This document shows, piece by piece, positions 1 through 4,469 of a DNA stretch of 12,099 nt. Position numbers and translations under genes: made by a program. Within the stretch, counting starts at the first letter, position 1, and each line of letters starts with the position of its first letter. This DNA is from Thermoproteaceae archaeon. Its GTDB lineage: Archaea > Thermoproteota > Thermoprotei > Thermoproteales > Thermoproteaceae. The stretch spans positions 1 to 12,099 of the forward strand of contig JAJHRB010000047.1 of assembly GCA_020833025.1 (NCBI GenBank), given 5' to 3'. Below the pieces are notes generated by a model, which saw only the letters and a list, made by a program, of their open reading frames with translations, searched no databases and had not been told where the DNA came from.

Positions 1-67
1 GCACGCCGTACCTTGCCTTCACCCACTCCGCGTCCGCCCTGACGCTCCCGGGGTCGTAGCGCTCCAT
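1..67 (-). CDS. 5' end of a hypothetical protein (MERYDPGSVRADAEWVKARYGV...), running off the window edge
   Basis: ATG at 67-65 on the minus strand, 5 nt after the TGA (75-73) of the upstream ORF. Open to position 1 with GC3-rich, coding-like codons. No family recognisable from 22 residues. Confidence 0.5.
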   Translation of the reverse strand, partial: MERYDPGSVRADAEWVKARYGV

Positions 68-72
68 GTCTC

Positions 73-405
73 TCACGCCGCGAGCGCGAGCGGCAGCGCC
101 AGCGCGAGCGCGGCCTCGACCGCCTCGGCGAGCATAAGGCACTCCGGCGTGGGCTCGTAGACGTAGGCCCTGCCGTCGAATGCCACGACCTCGCGGCGGC
201 CCTCGGCGTGCGGCGCGGGGCCCGCTGAGGCGCGAGGCAGCGAGTCTCCCGCCGGGGGCGCGGCATTGGCCCCGCTCGGGGCCTGCACGGCGCGGGCGGG
301 GCCGGTGAAATCTGCGCCTGAACCCAGCCACGCCAGTACCTGCCGGCGGGAGGCACGGGTTAGAAGCCGGTACCCGGGAGCGGGGAGGGCATAGGCCCAG
401 GACAA
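73..405 (-). CDS. Hypothetical small protein with hydrophobic C-terminus; start uncertain
   Basis: ORF track, 110 aa from TTG. The last ~40 codons look coding (VVAFDGRAYVYEPTPEC..AALALALPLALAA) and the stop abuts the next ATG. The N-terminal part is low-complexity Pro/Ala/Gly in ~78% GC DNA, and the TTG directly abuts the TATA at 407-413. Confidence 0.3.
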   Translation of the reverse strand: MSWAYALPAPGYRLLTRASRRQVLAWLGSGADFTGPARAVQAPSGANAAPPAGDSLPRASAGPAPHAEGRREVVAFDGRAYVYEPTPECLMLAEAVEAALALALPLALAA

Positions 406-406
406 C

Positions 407-413
407 TTTTAAT
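407..413 (+). promoter_or_regulatory. TATA box of rpl10e (TTTTAAT), preceded by BRE-like GACAAC
   Basis: AT-rich box ending 21 nt before the ATG at 434, which fits a leaderless archaeal transcript. Confidence 0.6.
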
Positions 414-433
414 CGCCTGGGGAGTCTGAGCTC

Positions 434-991
434 ATGCCTCAGAGGCCGGGGCGCTGCTATAGGCGAATCAAGGGACCCCCGTACGCGAGAGCAGAGTACA
501 TACACGGCGCGCCCGTAATACAGATACCGAAATTTGACATGGGAGCGGCAAGCGCTGCCGAGCGCGCTCGGCTCACGATGGTGGCAAAGCTCGTGTCCAG
601 AGAGCGCGGACAGATTAGAATGCAAGCGCTCGAGGCGGCCAGACAGGCAGCGTATAGATACCTCTCCGGGCGCATCGGCGATGCGAACTTCTACCTCAGA
701 CTTAACGTCGTGCCGCATCACGTGCTGCGCGAGAACAGGATGCTCGCCATGGCAGGCGCCGACAGGCTGCAGGAGGGCATGAGGCTCGCGTTCGGCACGC
801 CAGTGGGCAGGGCGGCGAGAGTGGAGCCGGGGCAGGTGGTGATGTACATCGAGTTCATGCCAGAGCATGCCGGGCACGCGAAGGAGGCGCTGAGGCGGGC
901 CGCGTCAAAGCTGCCTCTTCCAATGCGCATAGTAATAGAGCCTAAGGCAGCAGGCAAGGATGGAGGCGGAAAGGCGGCTGTACAGGGATAG
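434..991 (+). CDS. rpl10e: 50S ribosomal protein L10e (uL16)
   Basis: Hallmark motifs RPGRCYR, YARAEYIHGAP, QIRMQALEAAR, PHHVLRENRML, ADRLQEGMRLAFGTPVGRAARV, KEALRRAASKLP. Confidence 0.98.
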   Translation: MPQRPGRCYRRIKGPPYARAEYIHGAPVIQIPKFDMGAASAAERARLTMVAKLVSRERGQIRMQALEAARQAAYRYLSGRIGDANFYLRLNVVPHHVLRENRMLAMAGADRLQEGMRLAFGTPVGRAARVEPGQVVMYIEFMPEHAGHAKEALRRAASKLPLPMRIVIEPKAAGKDGGGKAAVQG

Positions 992-1700
992 AATCGAGGC
1001 CGCGCTTCTGCTGCTGGAGAGAGTACTCACGGGAGCCCTAACCTCCCGCCCGGCGCTAGTCGCTGAACTGCGGGCAGTCTACCGCGAGAGGAGAATAGAG
1101 CCGTTGAGGGGCTTCTCTAAGGACGGCATTTACGACAAGGAGGTCGCGACCGTGTACCTAGTCGGAGTTCACGGTGCCGGAGTCATATCGCCCGGTAATT
1201 ACGATAACATATTTCACGTTGAGAATAGGGCAATGGACGTGATAGAGGCGCTGAAGACCTCTGAGGGCTCGCAGAGCCCCGGGGCTCTGGATGCCGTCGC
1301 GAAAAGTACGCTCGAGATAAAGGGAAAGTCTGTGAGCGATAAGGTATTCAGGGCGCTCCGGGTAATTTTCACAGGCACAATTTTTGGGTACTACGACGAG
1401 CAGCTGCTCACGAGGGCAATAAGGGCCTACGAGTTCCTCTACCCCGAGCTCTCTGAGCGCCTTCTTAAGTACGCCGCATACTACAGCGCATATAAAATAG
1501 CCGAGGCAATAGCTATCGGCGCGATAAAGAGCCCCGAGGACTTGAAAATACAGAAATACGCCTACTGCCTCAAGCTCGGGTTCCAGAGGTGCAAGCCGTC
1601 TGACAGGCTGATAACCGAAGTCGCCTCGTCCGTCTACAGAGTTAGCGAGTCAGTTCTGGCAAGGCTGCTCGCCAGGGATGTAATACCAAAGCTGGGGTAG
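960..1700 (+). CDS. Conserved crenarchaeal hypothetical protein, DUF2192-like
   Basis: 246-aa ORF with coding-like codon usage. Pattern LYRDRI..LL..R..LV.EL..Y....IEPLRG.S...YDKEVATVYLVG recalled as DUF2192 (family assignment from memory, not a search). Overlaps the rpl10e 3' end by 32 nt. Confidence 0.8.
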   Translation: MEAERRLYRDRIEAALLLLERVLTGALTSRPALVAELRAVYRERRIEPLRGFSKDGIYDKEVATVYLVGVHGAGVISPGNYDNIFHVENRAMDVIEALKTSEGSQSPGALDAVAKSTLEIKGKSVSDKVFRALRVIFTGTIFGYYDEQLLTRAIRAYEFLYPELSERLLKYAAYYSAYKIAEAIAIGAIKSPEDLKIQKYAYCLKLGFQRCKPSDRLITEVASSVYRVSESVLARLLARDVIPKLG

Positions 1701-1722
1701 CCTAGGCCCTCCGCGCCTCAAG

Positions 1723-1727
1723 TTTTT
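1723..1727 (+). terminator. Possible oligo-T terminator of the rpl10e-DUF2192 transcript
   Basis: TTTTT 22 nt after the TAG at 1698-1700; the only T-run in a ~76% GC spacer. Confidence 0.35.
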
Positions 1728-2021
1728 CCCAGACGGGGCCTGCAGGCCCGCGGAGCCCGGCGGGGACGCCCGCGCGCGGAGGACAGGCAAGCGGTTGGGG
1801 AGACGCGCAATCATGTGCGGCTGACGGCTCCCTGCCCTGAGAGGTGGGGGCTCTGCGCCCGCTGGGGCCTCCGCTTGCCGCTCGGGGCCCCCGCGGACGC
1901 GGCACCACGCATCAGGCCCTGCTGCCGGCGCCTCCCTCCCCGCCTTGAAGGGCGGGCGCCGCAAGACGTGCAGGCCGTAGAGGGAGGCCGAGAGTAATGC
2001 CAGACACCCAGAGGCTTGATC

Positions 2022-2579
2022 TCAGGAGACAGATCCGCAGTACCTCGAGACGTACTCGCTCAGGATGTGCGAGAATTCCTCATACGCTGCCAGCTTGCGG
2101 TACAGGCTCTTGATGAGATCATCGGTGGCGTAGCCGTAGCGCCTGTATCTGCATGCCCGGACTAGGGTGGCGAGCTTGTCGGCAAACGCAACGATCCTTC
2201 CCGTTAAGTCCGTCTCGTACCTGTACTGCTTGAATAGCTCGAGTAAGTGCGGGAACTCGCGCCTGAACACCTCCTCCTCCAGGTCCTCCCAGCGCAGCCT
2301 CTCACGCACGCTCCGCGCCGGGTGGCCAAGCGCAGCCTCGGCCAGGTCGTGCACCACAGCCGCCGCTATGACCCCGTCCACGTCAACGTCAACGCCCTCG
2401 GCGCTCAGCCTGACAGCCACCTCTCCCGCCAGCAGCGCCGTCAGTAAGATGTGCGCACAGATGCTCTCCGGATCTGAGGCGCCGCGTTGAAGCCAGCCGA
2501 CTCTCGGGGTCTTGCATAATGTATCGACAACGGTAACCAGGTCCGAGATCTCGCCGGGAGGCGCGCTGTCCGCCTGCAT
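2022..2579 (-). CDS. HD-domain metal-dependent phosphohydrolase (YfbR/HDDC2-like 5'-deoxynucleotidase family)
   Basis: Motifs L..TPRVGWLQRG, ESICAH, AVVHDLAEA (HD) and FADKL. Start moved from 2630 to ATG 2579 (MQADS, 185 aa) because a TATA (TTAAAAA on -) lies at 2609-2603. Confidence 0.88.
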   Translation of the reverse strand: MQADSAPPGEISDLVTVVDTLCKTPRVGWLQRGASDPESICAHILLTALLAGEVAVRLSAEGVDVDVDGVIAAAVVHDLAEAALGHPARSVRERLRWEDLEEEVFRREFPHLLELFKQYRYETDLTGRIVAFADKLATLVRACRYRRYGYATDDLIKSLYRKLAAYEEFSHILSEYVSRYCGSVS

Positions 2580-2602
2580 GACACGCGGCCCGACACGCCC
2601 CC

Positions 2603-2609
2603 TTTTTAA
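2603..2609. promoter_or_regulatory. TATA box for the HD hydrolase gene (possibly bidirectional)
   Basis: TTTTTAA on + / TTAAAAA on -; 24 nt from ATG 2579 on the minus strand. Confidence 0.55.
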
Positions 2610-3028
2610 CTCCCCCGCGCCGGTCCTCACTCAGTGGCGAGTCAGGAAGGGCGGGGTAAAGCTGGCAATGGCCCGAGTGGGCGCAGACAGAGAGCCGTGG
2701 GGTAATGCCTACCGAGCCGGCGGCTCATGCCGGTAGACCCCAGCACATTGCACAGTGGCATTGCGTGAGCTATGATAGGGCGCGGCGGAGTGCTGCGGGG
2801 TTGCGAGAAGTGCGAGAGGCGAGAAGGACGGCAGAGTTCACTGTGAGACTCGCTGTGTAGTACAGGGACGGCTCCCGTCCTTAACGATCTTGACAGCGGC
2901 TCAAGCGGGGGGCCAGAGGGGATTTCCTGCATCGAGGCAAACCGTAGGCCCGATGAGGGGGCGCGGCCCGCCAGGCTGCAGTCCTGAGCGCTGGCGGCCT
3001 CCCGGGAGCGTGGAGAGCTACTAAGGAG

Positions 3029-4309
3029 TTAGAAGGAGGCACGGGGCGCGCCGAACGCAAGCGGGTCCGATCTCGGACTGATCTCGTACGCGTACGGCGT
3101 TCTCATCACCGCCGGCACCTCCTCTCTCTTGAAGTTCGCGAGGGCCCAGCTGAGCTTGGCATAGGCGACCTCTGGAAGCATGTCCTCTAGTGGCACCACG
3201 CCGAGCGAGAGGAGCTCCCTCCCGCGCCTGTAGACGAGTAGATTTGTCCTTCCGTGCAGCGTCTGGCTCGTCATTGTCACGACAATGCCGGAGTCAACGA
3301 GCTTCCTGACTGCAGGCATCACGTACTCGCCGACATGGCCAAAGCCCGTTCCCTCTATCACGATGCCCCTCACCCCGATTTCCAGCAGCACCTCCAGCAT
3401 TCTCGGGTGCATGCCGGGGAAGAACTTGACGAGAGCCACGGCCTCCTCGAACTTAGTGGTGCACTCGAGGGGGCCTCTCTCCTTGTACTCATCGGCAATC
3501 ACGCGCAGCACTCTCGCGTCCGCGTGATACTCGGCGAGGGGCGGCGCATTTACTGACTGGAATGCATCCCGCCTTGACGTGTGCATCTTCCTAACTCTGG
3601 TCCCGCGGTGAATGGTCACGATGTCGTCGCTGCTGCTCTTGTGCATTGCCACCACGGACTCGGCGAACGGCGCCTTGACGGCAACGGCGGTGGCTGCCTT
3701 TAGGTTCAGCACCGCGTCTGTGGAAGGCCTGTCGCTCGACCTCTGAGCTCCGACAAGCACTAGGGGGCCCGGCGCGCTCTTAAATGCGAACGCCAGCGCG
3801 GCCGCAGTGTAGTGCATCGTGTCCGTGCCGTGCAGTATCACAACCCCCCTGGCGCCGCGTTTGAACGCCTCGCTGGCTCTTACTGCAATCTGGGACCACA
3901 CAGCCGGCGTCATGTCCTCACTGAACTTGGCCGTGACCTGCTCTATCTCCACCTGCGCGTCGAGCTCGCCGAGAAGCTCGAGCAAGTAATCAGCGCTGAG
4001 CGCCGGGTACACGCCGCCTGTGACGTAGTCAACTCTCGACAGTATAGTGCCGCCGGTTGCGAGCAGCCACACCCTCTCGCCCCTGGCATCGAGTGTGACG
4101 GCGCTGGAGGGGGGCCGGCTCGCGACTTCTCCCAGGTTAATGATCTTGCTGATTCTGTCTCTCCTAAAGCCGACGTTATACCCGTTCTCGAGCTTTACTA
4201 CCACTATGTCGGGATCGCTGTACTGCGTTGGCGGTATCAAAACGCCTTCAAAAGTCTCGCCGCCGTCGAGTACGATGCGCACCCTCCGGTACGCCGCCTG
4301 CGCGCCCAC
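3029..4309 (-). CDS. gatD: Glutamyl-tRNA(Gln) amidotransferase subunit D
   Basis: N-terminal GatD domain (KLENGYNVG) plus asparaginase-like domain: TGGTILSRVDY.TGGV, HGTDT, GAQRSSDRPS, RVRKMHTSRRDAFQS, G.GFGHV, EDMLPEVAYAKL.W. Frame is open to GTG 4330, but GTG 4309 fits the TATA spacing. Confidence 0.97.
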   Translation of the reverse strand: MGAQAAYRRVRIVLDGGETFEGVLIPPTQYSDPDIVVVKLENGYNVGFRRDRISKIINLGEVASRPPSSAVTLDARGERVWLLATGGTILSRVDYVTGGVYPALSADYLLELLGELDAQVEIEQVTAKFSEDMTPAVWSQIAVRASEAFKRGARGVVILHGTDTMHYTAAALAFAFKSAPGPLVLVGAQRSSDRPSTDAVLNLKAATAVAVKAPFAESVVAMHKSSSDDIVTIHRGTRVRKMHTSRRDAFQSVNAPPLAEYHADARVLRVIADEYKERGPLECTTKFEEAVALVKFFPGMHPRMLEVLLEIGVRGIVIEGTGFGHVGEYVMPAVRKLVDSGIVVTMTSQTLHGRTNLLVYRRGRELLSLGVVPLEDMLPEVAYAKLSWALANFKREEVPAVMRTPYAYEISPRSDPLAFGAPRASF

Positions 4310-4330
4310 GCCGCGAACTCCTGCCAGCAC

Positions 4331-4336
4331 TTATAA
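4331..4336 (-). promoter_or_regulatory. TATA box of gatD (TTATAA)
   Basis: TTATAA ends 22 nt upstream of GTG 4309 and directly abuts the ORF-finder start at 4330, which argues against 4330. Confidence 0.6.
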
Positions 4337-4441
4337 GGGCTACCGTGCGACGGGGCGGGAGGGGCGGGAGTTGCGACAGGGAACAGGCCCCGTCGGGCCC
4401 ATTAAGCGGCTGTCGCCGTACGGTGCCCGACAGGCCCAAGC

Positions 4442-4449
4442 TTATTAAA
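4442..4449 (+). promoter_or_regulatory. TATA box of rtcB (TTATTAAA)
   Basis: Ends 21 nt before ATG 4470. Confidence 0.65.
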
Positions 4450-4469
4450 CTGCGCGGGGGCTCTCCCGT

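Noticed and set aside
272-1889. Shared 12-mer CCGCTCGGGGCC (272-283 and 1878-1889), and shared GGCAATGGCC at ~2664 and ~7403, as a possible dispersed repeat/MITE family
   Set aside because: About one such match is expected by chance among ~1.5 kb of ~75% GC spacer; no terminal inverted repeats or target-site duplications.
1650-1997. ORFs 1650-1964, 1702-1908 and 1815-1997 in the first spacer
   Set aside because: Pro/Arg/Gly/Ala-rich translations typical of 76% GC non-coding DNA; no promoter; mutually overlapping.
2772-2846. 24-aa + strand peptide MIGRGGVLRGCEKCERREGRQSSL with CxxC; GCGAGA repeated at 2803, 2812 and 2819
   Set aside because: Too short, only one CxxC, no promoter or RBS; the repeat is explainable by slippage.
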